A DNA stretch of 35,832 nt from assembly GCA_024763115.1 (NCBI GenBank), contig JANTGB010000001.1, positions 1 to 35,832 on the forward strand. Direction: 5' to 3'. Both the position numbers and the translations under genes were made by a program. The notes below the pieces were generated by a model, which had not been told where the DNA came from, did not search any database, and saw only the letters and a program-made list of their open reading frames with translations. This document shows, in pieces, positions 1 to 7,229 of the stretch. Numbering within the stretch: the stretch's first letter is position 1; the number at the start of each line of letters is the position of its first letter. The stretch comes from Desulfobulbaceae bacterium (GTDB lineage Bacteria > Desulfobacterota > Desulfobulbia > Desulfobulbales > SURF-16).

Positions 1-19
1 GGTATGGTTTTTTATAAGT

Positions 20-176
20 CAGGTAAGCGACCGGAGGGAGACTCCGGAAGATTTTCGTGATCAGACCGGCGCAGCATACTGGTGCTATGTAAGACAGACT
101 GATCGCGGAGGTAAGCACCCTTAAAAACAGGGCATAAACTTCGACTCCGAATATGCGGCGCCCTGTGAACAGTTAC
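20..176 (+). repeat. Interspersed repeat, copy 1: 90-nt module R1 (20-109), a 41-nt insertion, then 26-nt module R2 (151-176)
   Basis: 20-109 (caggtaagcgaccggagggagactccgg...ctgatcgcgga) aligns without gaps to 2620-2709 with 6 mismatches in 90. 151-176 (atatgcggcgccctgtgaacagttac) matches 2711-2736 with 2 mismatches. The module contains short stems such as ccggag/ctccgg and gatcag/ctgatc. Confidence 0.9.
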
Positions 177-190
177 CTTTGACATAAATT

Positions 191-219
191 ACTTGCCTCT
201 ACTGTTAAAGGACTTAATC
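191..219 (+). repeat. Interspersed repeat module R4, copy 1
   Basis: acttgcctctactgttaaaggacttaatc matches 19408-19436 (atttgcctctactgttaagggacttatcc) at 25/29 positions, in the same orientation. In both places it lies downstream of an R2-type module. Confidence 0.85.
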
Positions 220-417
220 TGTAAATATTCGGCTTTTATGAAAAACCTGCAATAATCCAGTACTGAAATATTTGGCTAGTGCCTTATACTCGTTCATTCG
301 AGTCAGCGAAACGTACCAAGAGCCTGTCCGTGAATAGGAATCCGGCTGCAAAGCCGGAAAAAGTGGCCCATTTTTCCGCTATTTTTCCTTAAATAGCCCA
401 GCTATTCGCGGAAAATG

Positions 418-438
418 GTAACTACTCATGGGGTAAGC
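418..438 (+). repeat. 20-nt core repeat (GTAACTACTCATGGGGTAAGC)
   Basis: The 19-nt string aactactcatggggtaagc at 420-438 is identical to 2539-2557. Its reverse complement is at 19479-19497, and a diverged copy is at 23364-23382. Confidence 0.9.
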
Positions 439-627
439 ATCTTAATTTAGCTAACCACCATAATTGTAGCTGTTTACTGGATGTACGACTTCCCAAAGCC
501 CTTCTTGTAGACGTTCGCTTTTCACTATCCGACTACAATACCTTGTCTCACCTTCTTCTTTTGTGTTTTCGGTTAAGAACTTAATTGAGTGTCGGGAGTT
601 CAGCAGGTAAAGTGGACAAGTTCAACA

Positions 628-1128
628 TTAAGAAATGTCAATAACACCTATATAAATTGGTTTGCCTGGATAAAACTCCTGCCATTTTCCGGCAGCGATT
701 ACTCCCAACTCAAACGATGTTTTTGCTTCATCAATTTGCACATGTGGACTGATTTTTGTCTTGGGCGGCACATAAAAAGTAATTATCGGTATGCCGGCTT
801 CCTGGGCCATCTTTATGCCGGCATCAAGAACCTCAGGTTCTAATGTGTGATACATTATCCCATCTACTTTTTGTTGAATAAAGGTTGCAACCGCATCAAG
901 AGCTACTTCAGAATTAAAATTCCCGTCAATCACCTTAACTTTGGCTCCATATTTTTCCTTTGCTTACTTGATCACATGCCGCACATCAGCACGATGATAT
1001 CCGGACTCCAGTGTAATGGGGATTTTACCAATCACAATCTCTTCTGCATGGAGATTTGTAACATGCAAAACAACTATAAATGCAATGATCTGCATGAGTA
1101 ATATGATTAAATATTCCTGTTTCAACAT
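628..1128 (-). pseudogene. Remnant of a periplasmic sugar-binding protein gene (PBP1 / RbsB-like ABC substrate-binding) with an in-frame TAA and a 3' truncation
   Basis: A minus-strand ATG at 1128 gives a signal-peptide-like N-terminus, MLKQEYLIILLMQIIAFIVVLHVTNLHA, followed by EEIVIGKIPITLESGYHRADVRHVIK. An in-frame TAA follows at 966-964. The same frame then continues as AKEKYGAKVKVIDGNFNSEVALDAVATFIQQKVDGIMYHTLEPEVLDAGIKMAQEAGIPIITF, which looks like an RbsB/LacI-type N-lobe. The frame stops after about 167 codons, roughly half the usual length. Confidence 0.55.
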
Positions 1129-1413
1129 TATGTATCAATCCTTACCATTATAATGGTATTAATATTTTCTCTAAAAAAATATTATCACAAAAATCGCTGT
1201 ATGCAAAATTGCTATTTTAGACAAAATGTGCCCATCCTAAGAGTTATAGTCGAATCCGGCGTATGGGCGATTAAAAAAAAATGACATATCCTGTTGGTTG
1301 ATCACTCCCACGAGCACAACCAACTCAGGAGGAGACAGCAACCATCACTTATTGTGTCTGCTTTTATGTCTACGATTTTATCAGTTTCGTACCAAACACC
1401 GAAAAAATAATCA

Positions 1414-2346
1414 GTGATATTATATTTTAACATTTTACGAATGATCAGCAAAATTCAAGAAAACGCGGCTGTACTGGCTACCTCGTCCGAACAGATATCC
1501 TCTACTTCGAATGATGTTTCAACTGCGGCTGACCAGACCATTGATAAGGCAGAAAATGTTACCGGGGCTTCGGGTGAAGTTAATTCAGGAGTTCAGGGGG
1601 TTGCCGCCACAGCCGACCAAATGGCGCAAAATATGCGTCAGGTGGCCGGCGCTGTGAAGGAAATGTCAGCCAGCATGCAGGAAGTAGGCGCTAATGCCGG
1701 AGAAACTTCTCATGTTATTACTGATGCCCTGACCAAGGCAGGTGAAGCCAATGAGGCCATTACAGTATTAAATGAAGATGCCGTGAAAATAGGCGAGGTT
1801 ACCGGGACAATCAACGATATAACCGATCAGACCAAGCTGCTGGCCTTGAATGCCACCATTGAGGCGGCCCGGGCCGGTGAGGCCGGTAAAGGATTTGCCG
1901 TGGTGGCCAACGAGGTCAAGGAGCTGGCCCGTCAGAGTTCCGAGGCAGCCCAGGATATCGGCAACCGGATCAGCGGCATACAGCAGAATACCAGAAGTGT
2001 CATGGCTACCATTGCCGGGGTTACCGAGGTTATTTCCAAGGTCAACGAGGCATCCCAGGGCATTATTAAGTCAGTGGAGGAACAGGCCGTTGTTGCCAAT
2101 GAAATAGCCGGTAACGTGGCTCAGACCAATGATGGGGCCATCAATATTGAAAAGACTATTGCCCGGTTGTCCAAAGACATTGAGAACATTTTTGCCAATA
2201 TGAGCGATCTTACCACTCTGACCAGGGACAGCGGCCGGGGGGTGCATCAGGTTACCGGGGCCGCAGACAGTCTTTCCGGTCTGGCATCACAGCTGGAAAA
2301 GCTGGTGGATTCATTTCAGTTACCCCAGGAGGTTGTCCGAAAATAG
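1414..2346 (+). CDS. Methyl-accepting chemotaxis protein, cytoplasmic signalling domain only (5'-truncated remnant or soluble MCP)
   Basis: The ORF carries the conserved MCP hairpin tip [35 protein letters not shown] and flanking Ala/Ser/Thr/Glu-rich coiled-coil heptads. It has no TM segment, sensor or full HAMP. It opens on GTG inside what looks like the end of a HAMP helix (YFNILRMISKIQENAAVLATSSEQISS). ATG 1441 is an alternative start. Confidence 0.6.
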   Translation: MILYFNILRMISKIQENAAVLATSSEQISSTSNDVSTAADQTIDKAENVTGASGEVNSGVQGVAATADQMAQNMRQVAGAVKEMSASMQEVGANAGETSHVITDALTKAGEANEAITVLNEDAVKIGEVTGTINDITDQTKLLALNATIEAARAGEAGKGFAVVANEVKELARQSSEAAQDIGNRISGIQQNTRSVMATIAGVTEVISKVNEASQGIIKSVEEQAVVANEIAGNVAQTNDGAINIEKTIARLSKDIENIFANMSDLTTLTRDSGRGVHQVTGAADSLSGLASQLEKLVDSFQLPQEVVRK

Positions 2347-2508
2347 CGAACCTACTGAAAAATCGGATAAATTAGCCCATTTTTCGCTACGGCTTCTATT
2401 CTCGGACAGCCTCCCAGGACAGAGAAATCCGCTGGGAAAAGGCTTGACAATAACTCCGAAAACCCTAATGGCGAAAATCCGTTAAAACAGTATCATTTAC
2501 CTAACCGT

Positions 2509-2560
2509 TCACCAGAGAGTAAATCTTTACAATATTCTAACTACTCATGGGGTAAGCGCC
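2509..2560 (+). repeat. Repeat modules R5 (2509-2536) and the 20-nt core (2537-2560)
   Basis: tcaccagagagtaaatctttacaatatt matches the reverse complement of 19529-19556 at 27/28. It is followed directly by ctaactactcatggggtaagcgcc. On the opposite strand at 19477-19556 the two modules occur in the same order, separated by a 28-nt spacer. Confidence 0.9.
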
Positions 2561-2584
2561 TAATGAGTGCAAACTGGAGTATTT

Positions 2585-2629
2585 GTAACTGCTCGGAGTC
2601 TGCGCTTACCTGCAGGGTGCAGGTAAGCG
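2585..2629 (+). repeat. Core repeat plus perfect hairpin module (12-bp stem, 3-nt loop)
   Basis: The module reads gtaactgctcggagtctgcgcttacctgcagggtgcaggtaagcg. cgcttacctgca (2603-2614) pairs perfectly with tgcaggtaagcg (2618-2629). A diverged copy with the same layout is at 18897-18957. Confidence 0.85.
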
Positions 2630-2736
2630 ACCGGAGGGAGACTCCGGGAGATTTTCGTGATCAGGCCGGCGCAGCATACTGGTGCAATTAAAGACAGGCT
2701 GATCGCGGAAATATGCGGTGCCCTGTGAGCAGTTAC
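2620..2736 (+). repeat. Interspersed repeat, copy 2: R1 (2620-2709) abutting R2 (2711-2736)
   Basis: See copy 1 at 20-176. R1 is 84/90 identical. R2 follows here after 1 nt, whereas copy 1 has a 41-nt insertion between them. The repeat ends 12-40 nt upstream of the candidate starts of the receiver-PP2C gene. Confidence 0.9.
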
Positions 2737-2775
2737 TTTAATTGTTAATTGACTAAGAGCCATAAATCATTCAGA

Positions 2776-3909
2776 ATGATTCTTATGGATCTATCTCCTC
2801 CGCAAACATTCCGTATCCTGCTGATCGACGATCACCCAGTCAATATCCGTCTTCTGCAAATTACTCTGGAAAGAGAAGGATATACGGTTTTCAGCGCTGA
2901 TAACGGGCCGGAAGGCCGGCGGATAGCCGAGACCCAATCCCCTCATCTTATCCTTCTTGATGTTCATATGCCGGGTGAAAATGGCTTTGAGACAATCACC
3001 AGACTGAAGGAAAACTCCTCTACCGCTGCCATTCCCATCATTTTCCTGACTGCAAATGACGAAACCGAATCCAAATTGAAAGGATTTGACTTAGGCGCAG
3101 TTGACTACATTGTTAAACCTTTTCATTCCAGGGAAGTTCTGGCCCGGATCAGGCTTCATCTAAAGATATTCATGGCCACCAATATCATAATAAACACTCA
3201 GGCCGAAAAATTGCGACAGATTCAAAATGCCCAGTCAGCCATGCTGATCCGGCCTGAGGACCTACCCGAGGCAAATTTCGCTGTCTATTATTCTTCCCTG
3301 CTTGAGGCAGGTGGAGATTTTTATGATGTTATCCGTATATCTGAACAGATATTTGCTTACCTGGTTGCCGATGTTTCCGGGCATGATATCGGCACAAGTT
3401 TTATAACCGCAGCCATGAAGGCTCTGCTCAAACAGAATGCCACCCTGGTATACAGCCCGGTTGAAACCATCAGCATGATAAATAATGTTCTTCTGGAAAT
3501 ACTCCCGGCAGATAAATACCTGACCTTGACTTATCTCCACCTGAACACAAAAAAGAAAATGACCCTGGTGGGCGGCGGTCATCCGCCTGTTCTTTATCTT
3601 CCTGTCCATGACAAGGGCAGGTTAATTGATCTTGGCGGCGATCCGGTGGGCATATTCAATGATGCCGTCTTCAGCAAACAGGAAATTGCAGTCAGCCGGG
3701 GCGACCGTTTTTTTGTTTATTCCGATGGTCTGCTGGAACGACCGGACACAGGAAAAGTCTGGACAGCGGCAACGGATGAGCTTCTGTTTATAGCTGAGGA
3801 ATTAAGGGGAATTTCCATTAAGGAGGCTGCGGATAAAGTAAATGAACTGTTTAACCAAAAGCATGAACCACCTGAAGACGATATTGTTATAATGGCTATT
3901 GAGATTTAA
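2776..3909 (+). CDS. Response regulator with a PP2C/SpoIIE-type serine phosphatase output (RsbU-like)
   Basis: Receiver motifs: ILLIDDHPVN, PHLILLDVHMPGENGFE, IPIIFLTA, VDYIVKPF. PP2C/SpoIIE motifs: GGDFYDVI, YLVADVSGHDIGTSF, GGGHPP, GDRFFVYSDGL, DDIVIMAIE. The start is uncertain: TTG 2749 (track), ATG 2776 (used here) or ATG 2785. Confidence 0.85.
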   Translation: MILMDLSPPQTFRILLIDDHPVNIRLLQITLEREGYTVFSADNGPEGRRIAETQSPHLILLDVHMPGENGFETITRLKENSSTAAIPIIFLTANDETESKLKGFDLGAVDYIVKPFHSREVLARIRLHLKIFMATNIIINTQAEKLRQIQNAQSAMLIRPEDLPEANFAVYYSSLLEAGGDFYDVIRISEQIFAYLVADVSGHDIGTSFITAAMKALLKQNATLVYSPVETISMINNVLLEILPADKYLTLTYLHLNTKKKMTLVGGGHPPVLYLPVHDKGRLIDLGGDPVGIFNDAVFSKQEIAVSRGDRFFVYSDGLLERPDTGKVWTAATDELLFIAEELRGISIKEAADKVNELFNQKHEPPEDDIVIMAIEI

Positions 3910-3910
3910 A

Positions 3911-4336
3911 ATGTTCTCCGTAACCAAAACAGCAACTCAGCTGCAATGCGTTTTTTCTTCCAGCCTGGAATTGGTGGACAGGGCTCTTGTTGAAGCAAGA
4001 AAATTTATGTCCTCCCGGCAGAATAATATCAAAGAATTTGAATTTCGCCTTGCTCTCCGGGAGGCGTTGAACAACGCGGTGATTCACGGCAACCACCGGG
4101 ACGAGGCACTGCAGGTCGTCTTAACCATGGAATGTGATGATCAGTCGTTGGAGATAACCGTGGCTGACCAGGGGCCGGGATTTGCCTGGCTGGAAAAACT
4201 TAAACAGGGCAGCGCCAATCCCGGTCAACCAGGCGGAAGAGGAATTATTATAATCCGGTCGTCCGGTTTCTCAATATCCTACAATAAATCAGGCAACATC
4301 TTGAAACTAACTCGCTTTCCCCAGGACCCGGCTTGA
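3911..4336 (+). CDS. Anti-sigma regulatory factor / serine protein kinase (RsbW/SpoIIAB-like HATPase)
   Basis: N-box-like ALREALNNAVIHGN, G1-like ITVADQGPGF and G2-like GGRGIIIIRS in a protein of about 140 aa. ATG 3911 lies 1 nt after the stop of the upstream phosphatase gene (taa 3907-3909), which suggests co-translation. Confidence 0.75.
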   Translation: MFSVTKTATQLQCVFSSSLELVDRALVEARKFMSSRQNNIKEFEFRLALREALNNAVIHGNHRDEALQVVLTMECDDQSLEITVADQGPGFAWLEKLKQGSANPGQPGGRGIIIIRSSGFSISYNKSGNILKLTRFPQDPA

Positions 4337-4364
4337 AAAAAGAGGCCTATGGCAGCTTGGCTGA

Positions 4365-4384
4365 TTATCGCCTGCAGGCGATAA
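4365..4384. other. Perfect 20-nt palindrome between convergent genes (possible bidirectional terminator stem)
   Basis: ttatcgcctgcaggcgataa equals its own reverse complement, giving an 8-bp stem and a tgca loop. It lies between the kinase stop (4336) and the MCP stop (4420). No U-tract follows on either strand, so terminator function is unproven. Repeat module R6 (4383-4415) abuts it. Confidence 0.5.
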
Positions 4385-4415
4385 ATTGTTTAAACAAAGG
4401 CTTTAAGCGCCTGAA
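4383..4415 (+). repeat. Interspersed repeat module R6, copy a
   Basis: aaattgtttaaacaaaggctttaagcgcctgaa shares both ends (aaattgttta... and ...aagcgcct) with the reverse complement of 19227-19259. Its taagcgcctgaa end is also found in 6709-6743. Confidence 0.6.
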
Positions 4416-4419
4416 ACTC

Positions 4420-6606
4420 TTACTTGATTCTAAATTGCGCGACCTCTTTCTGCAATTTAACTGCCAGGGAAGAAAGTTCGTTTGAGGCGCCTTTAATGCC
4501 GTTAGCCCCGCTTGATGTCTCCTGGGCTATATTGCTTACTCCATGGATATTCTTTGAAATATCTTCAACTCCCTTTGCCGCTTCCTGAACACTGTTAAGT
4601 ACTTCCTTTTCAATATTGTTAGCTAATTCCTGAACAGCCACAGTTGTATTTTTTGTTCCCTCAGCGCTTAGGGTCATGGTTTGCGATACTTCATTGGTGG
4701 TTGCGGTTTGTTCCTCTACAGCAGCAGCAATGGTTGATGTTATTTCGTTAAGTTTTTCATTAATTTCGGTTGATTTGTTTATGTTTTTGACGACATCACC
4801 GGTTTGTTTTTGTACATCTTGTATCTGGCCGGCGATTTTTGTTGTGGCATCTGAGGTTTGTTTGGCAAGGTCTTTAACCTCGTTGGCAACAACAGCAAAT
4901 CCTTTGCCTGCCTCTCCTGCCCGTGCTGCCTCTATAGTGGCATTTAAGGCAAGAAGTTTTGTCTGCTCGCTTATCTCGGTGATGATCTCAATAACCTTGC
5001 TGATATCAGCAGCTGACTGAGTAAGTGTGGACATCTTGTCAGTTGATTCTACACTGGCCTGGCTTGACAGCTGGGCCTGTTCTGATGCCATGGCGCAATT
5101 TGCCGCCACTTCCTGGATAGAAGATGACATTTCGGCAATTGCGGTAGAAACATTGACGATATTATTTGACATTTCTTCAGCTTCGGTTGATATTTCCTTA
5201 ATGTTTGTTGTCATCCTTTCAGCAGTGCCCTGGACGGTCTGCATATTAGCGCTGATTTCTTCTGAGGCAGCGGCAACAGCGCCTGACTGGGATGTTAATT
5301 CCTTAGCGCCTATAGTCATTTGAGATGATGTTGCAGAAAGTTCCTCTGAAGCAGCGGCAACCTGCGAACTGTTTTCGCTGATGGTAGAAAACATTTTGCG
5401 TAACTGTTTTGTCATTTTATTTAAAGCTGCTGCCATTTGTCCTGCTTCATCTTTTTGATTTATGGCAAGCTCACCGGATAAATCTCCCCCTGCAATATCT
5501 TCTGCAAAGCTGGTAGCTTCAGCCAATGGCCTGGCAATCTGACCGGCAATTAAAAAGGCAACAACTGCCATAATCGCAGCCAGAATAACAGCAGCCACAA
5601 TTACCTTGAAAATAATTTCATTTATGGGCTTTAAAATTTCAGCTTTATCTATTTCCACCAGGATCGCCCATTTTATATCAGGCAAATGAAGGGGAGCATA
5701 GGCTGAAAGGACAGGGTTACCATTATAGTCGATGATAATATGACTTGCTTTTTTGCCGCCCAGGGCATTATGGGCCGCTTCAGTGTCTACTTTTCCAGTG
5801 GCAGGATTGGCAAAAGAGGCAGTTACGGTGTGATTTTTCGGGTCAAGAAACGAATCAGAGCGCATAAGCAGGTCAGGGCCAACCAGATAACTCTCACCTG
5901 TTTCTCCCATGCCTGTACGTTCCTTCATTATTTTATTAATGGCCTCAATAGAGAGTTGCAGAGCAACGACAGCAACTATCCGACCATTTTCCCTGATCGG
6001 TGCAGCGATAAACTGGGCCGGGGCATTATTTGATGGAGCATAAGGACTGGTATCGGACAGGGCGGTTTTACCCTTGCTGGCCTGCAGCCAGACATCTTTC
6101 AGTGATGAGTCTATTTCACTTGCCCGCTGGCCGAAATCAGCCTCCTTGGTGACTGTAAAACTTGTATCACCATGATCAGGAGAGAGAAGAAAGATGTCAT
6201 AGTAAGAATATTGCTCCATGTAATATTTAAAAAAATCAAAATATTTATCATGAACTTTTTTATAGGCCTGAGGTGCATCATATTTTTCGTTTGTATGGCC
6301 TTTAAATTTACCGCCCCTGGCACCGCCACCTGCCTCAAAAGCAGCATCCAGATCTTTGAAAGCCTGTAAGACATAAGGATCGTTGGCTAACACCTTGATA
6401 TCACCAAGACGTTCATTAAAAAATGAAGTGATCTGTTTTCCCTTAATGGTTCTGATGGCTTCAAGTTGATGGTAAGAGCCCGCCATTAAAGCCTTGCCTG
6501 CCAGTTGTATAGCAATAAAACAGGCAATAGCCAGGGGAACGATTGCGGCAATAATAAACAGTGAAATAAGTTTTGGCTTAAGGCTGATATTTTTAAGTGA
6601 AGGCAT
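4420..6606 (-). CDS. Methyl-accepting chemotaxis protein with a periplasmic double-Cache-like sensor, HAMP and signalling domain
   Basis: N-terminal TM segment ([25 protein letters not shown]), then about 300 periplasmic aa with Cache-like blocks ([66 protein letters not shown]). A second TM segment, HAMP ([20 protein letters not shown]) and the MCP tip [35 protein letters not shown] follow. Confidence 0.9.
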   Translation of the reverse strand: MPSLKNISLKPKLISLFIIAAIVPLAIACFIAIQLAGKALMAGSYHQLEAIRTIKGKQITSFFNERLGDIKVLANDPYVLQAFKDLDAAFEAGGGARGGKFKGHTNEKYDAPQAYKKVHDKYFDFFKYYMEQYSYYDIFLLSPDHGDTSFTVTKEADFGQRASEIDSSLKDVWLQASKGKTALSDTSPYAPSNNAPAQFIAAPIRENGRIVAVVALQLSIEAINKIMKERTGMGETGESYLVGPDLLMRSDSFLDPKNHTVTASFANPATGKVDTEAAHNALGGKKASHIIIDYNGNPVLSAYAPLHLPDIKWAILVEIDKAEILKPINEIIFKVIVAAVILAAIMAVVAFLIAGQIARPLAEATSFAEDIAGGDLSGELAINQKDEAGQMAAALNKMTKQLRKMFSTISENSSQVAAASEELSATSSQMTIGAKELTSQSGAVAAASEEISANMQTVQGTAERMTTNIKEISTEAEEMSNNIVNVSTAIAEMSSSIQEVAANCAMASEQAQLSSQASVESTDKMSTLTQSAADISKVIEIITEISEQTKLLALNATIEAARAGEAGKGFAVVANEVKDLAKQTSDATTKIAGQIQDVQKQTGDVVKNINKSTEINEKLNEITSTIAAAVEEQTATTNEVSQTMTLSAEGTKNTTVAVQELANNIEKEVLNSVQEAAKGVEDISKNIHGVSNIAQETSSGANGIKGASNELSSLAVKLQKEVAQFRIK

Positions 6607-6708
6607 ATTTTCTCCCTGGTAAAAAGTATATTTATTGAAAATTATGCGGTGGTAATTTTATAAATGTCAAGAAAAAAATGATAATTTTTATTATCAGATT
6701 TTTACCTT

Positions 6709-6743
6709 GGACAATGGCCGTAAGCGCCTGAATCGCGCTTACC
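6709..6743 (+). repeat. Interspersed repeat module R6, copy b
   Basis: gacaatggccgtaagcgcctgaa matches the reverse complement of the 19227-19259 copy (gacattggtcgtaagcgcctaag) at 19/23. It is followed by gcgcttacc, which can pair back to ggtaagcgc-type motifs. Confidence 0.65.
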
Positions 6744-6798
6744 TCTTTGCGTGAGTCGTAAGGTAGAATTAAAGTCTGACAACAAATATATTTTTTTG

Positions 6799-6826
6799 TT
6801 TGACTTGAAAAAAAGAAAAATTATAC
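6799..6826 (+). promoter_or_regulatory. Candidate sigma70-type promoter for the STAS-cheA-cheW-MCP operon
   Basis: TTGACT (6799-6804), a 16-nt A-rich spacer, then TATACA (6821-6826), about 75 nt upstream of the STAS start. This is a pattern match only. Confidence 0.25.
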
Positions 6827-6900
6827 ACTGTTTAGTGTTTACAAGGGTAGTTGCGGTGGGGATAAACTTACCAGACGAACCAAAGGAACCAAGAGAACTT

Positions 6901-7200
6901 ATGAGTTATATCGAAAGAAAAAATGGAGTAGTTGTCGTCAAGCCCGGCGTTGACATTATCGCCTCACAATGTGCTTCTCTAAAAGAGGAATTACTGCAAA
7001 TCCTTAAGGATGGCGAAAAAAAAATTATTATTGATCTTCAGGACATCCAGATGATCGATTCCTCAGGAATCGGACTGCTGATATCCACCCAGAACAGCCT
7101 GAAGGACAGTGGTGGTGAAGGAATTGAATTAATAAATATTTCTGATGATATCCATAAACTGTTTATAGCTATGCGGCTTGATCAACATTTTAAAATGTAA
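6901..7200 (+). CDS. STAS-domain anti-sigma-factor antagonist (RsbV/SpoIIAA-like)
   Basis: The 99-aa product is MSYIERKNGVVVVKPGVDIIASQCASLKEELLQIL...IIIDLQDIQMIDSSGIGLLIS. It has the characteristic DSSG phospho-serine motif. ATG 6901 is preceded by aaggaaccaagag. The longer track ORF from 6751 adds a non-STAS, Lys-rich leader and is less likely. Confidence 0.8.
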   Translation: MSYIERKNGVVVVKPGVDIIASQCASLKEELLQILKDGEKKIIIDLQDIQMIDSSGIGLLISTQNSLKDSGGEGIELINISDDIHKLFIAMRLDQHFKM

Positions 7201-7229
7201 TTTCCACAAAATCATCATTTTCTAGGGAA

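Noticed and set aside
1249-1257. gtcgaatcc, which resembles a tRNA T-loop (GGTTCGAATCC), inside a gcccat...atgggc inverted repeat.
   Set aside because: The flanking sequence cannot form T-arm, anticodon-arm or acceptor stems. It is an isolated 9-mer match only.
20-2709. The exact 2,600-nt offset between the two R1 copies as an assembly duplication artefact.
   Set aside because: The copies differ at 6 of 90 positions, copy 1 has a 41-nt insertion before R2, and the flanking sequences are unrelated. They are genuine paralogous repeats, although read-level confirmation is still advisable.
1-2748. The repeat-dense non-coding blocks (also 18867-19593) as degenerate CRISPR arrays.
   Set aside because: Modules differ in sequence and length and occur in both orientations without regular repeat-spacer periodicity. 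No cas genes are present.
4676-5323. Long ORFs antisense to the MCP genes. Examples are 4676..5020 and 5027..5323 here, 11568..11918, 11937..12251 and 12187..12524 in the third MCP, and 1850..2107 in an alternative frame of the first MCP.
   Set aside because: They are shadows of the Ala/Ser/Thr/Glu-rich, stop-poor coiled-coil coding sequence. Their products are low-complexity, they have no start context, and the sense frames carry unambiguous MCP motifs.
6607-6900. A sigma54-type (TGGCAC-N5-TTGC) or sigma28-type (TAAA-N15-GCCGATAA) promoter upstream of the che operons. The accgataa at 28912-28919 was also checked.
   Set aside because: No match with correct spacing was found by eye. Only a weak sigma70-like candidate (6799-6826) is reported, at low confidence.
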